A stretch of 64,000 nucleotides of DNA, from the NCBI GenBank assembly GCA_041665485.1, contig JBAYIT010000002.1, forward strand, positions 133,867-197,866, given 5' to 3'. A program made the translations under genes and the position numbers. The notes under the pieces were generated by a model that was not told where the DNA came from, made no database searches, and was given only the letters and a program-made list of their open reading frames with translations. Each line of letters starts with the position of its first letter. Position 1 is the stretch's first letter. Below, in pieces: positions 63,993 through 64,000 of this stretch. This DNA comes from Candidatus Shapirobacteria bacterium. GTDB lineage: Bacteria > Patescibacteriota > Microgenomatia > UBA12405.

Positions 63993-64000
63993 ATATACAG

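Overview
This 64 kb window is a gene-dense bacterial chromosome segment with the look of a reduced Patescibacteria/CPR-type genome (an inference from gene content and architecture). It mixes housekeeping genes with accessory islands next to tRNA genes. I verified seven tRNAs by hand-folding the cloverleaf: Val-CAC, Thr-CGT, Gly-CCC, Asp-GTC, Lys-TTT, Glu-TTC and Gln-TTG.

Housekeeping content, in order along the window:
- partial RodA/FtsW, rplU, rpmA, parB, lepB, dut, a glycosyltransferase cluster
- ndk, a radical-SAM DNA repair/modification protein, a Pol X polymerase, LemA and HtpX, dnaE, rplS, lgt
- two ABC exporters flanking ung, PEP synthase, rsmI, lexA, secG

Accessory content most worth attention:
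- 27.4-35.4 kb: a complete type I restriction-modification operon (hsdM, hsdS, hsdR) carrying two embedded unknown genes, one with an Rx6H HEPN-like motif. It ends at tRNA-Glu, next to a tRNA-Glu 3' pseudo-fragment.
- 35.7-35.9 kb: a 62-bp x3 tandem repeat in front of a 1,721-aa giant surface protein.
- 52.4-56.6 kb: a one-target exosortase cassette. A polytopic membrane protein with VIT/vWA-like features ends in a VPEP-CTERM signal and is followed by an exosortase fused to an EpsI-like domain.
- 57.8-64.0 kb: an AT-rich island after tRNA-Gln. It carries a prenyltransferase-repeat::GIY-YIG fusion, a structured noncoding stretch, a PLD/HKD nuclease with an XRE regulator, and a three-gene cassette of a putative nuclease, an 84-aa protein and an SMC-like coiled-coil ABC ATPase. 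I interpret the cassette as a Lamassu/DdmABC-like defence module or a relative.

Smaller observations:
- recurring phased A-tract promoter-like elements
- a recurring GCTCAGACGGA hairpin motif
- tRNA fragments interrupted by small GC hairpins
- a DUF3800 gene broken by a frameshift in a poly-A run
- three Nudix hydrolases
- an XRE-HTH::HAD phosphatase fusion

All functional calls come from motif recognition by eye, without database searches.
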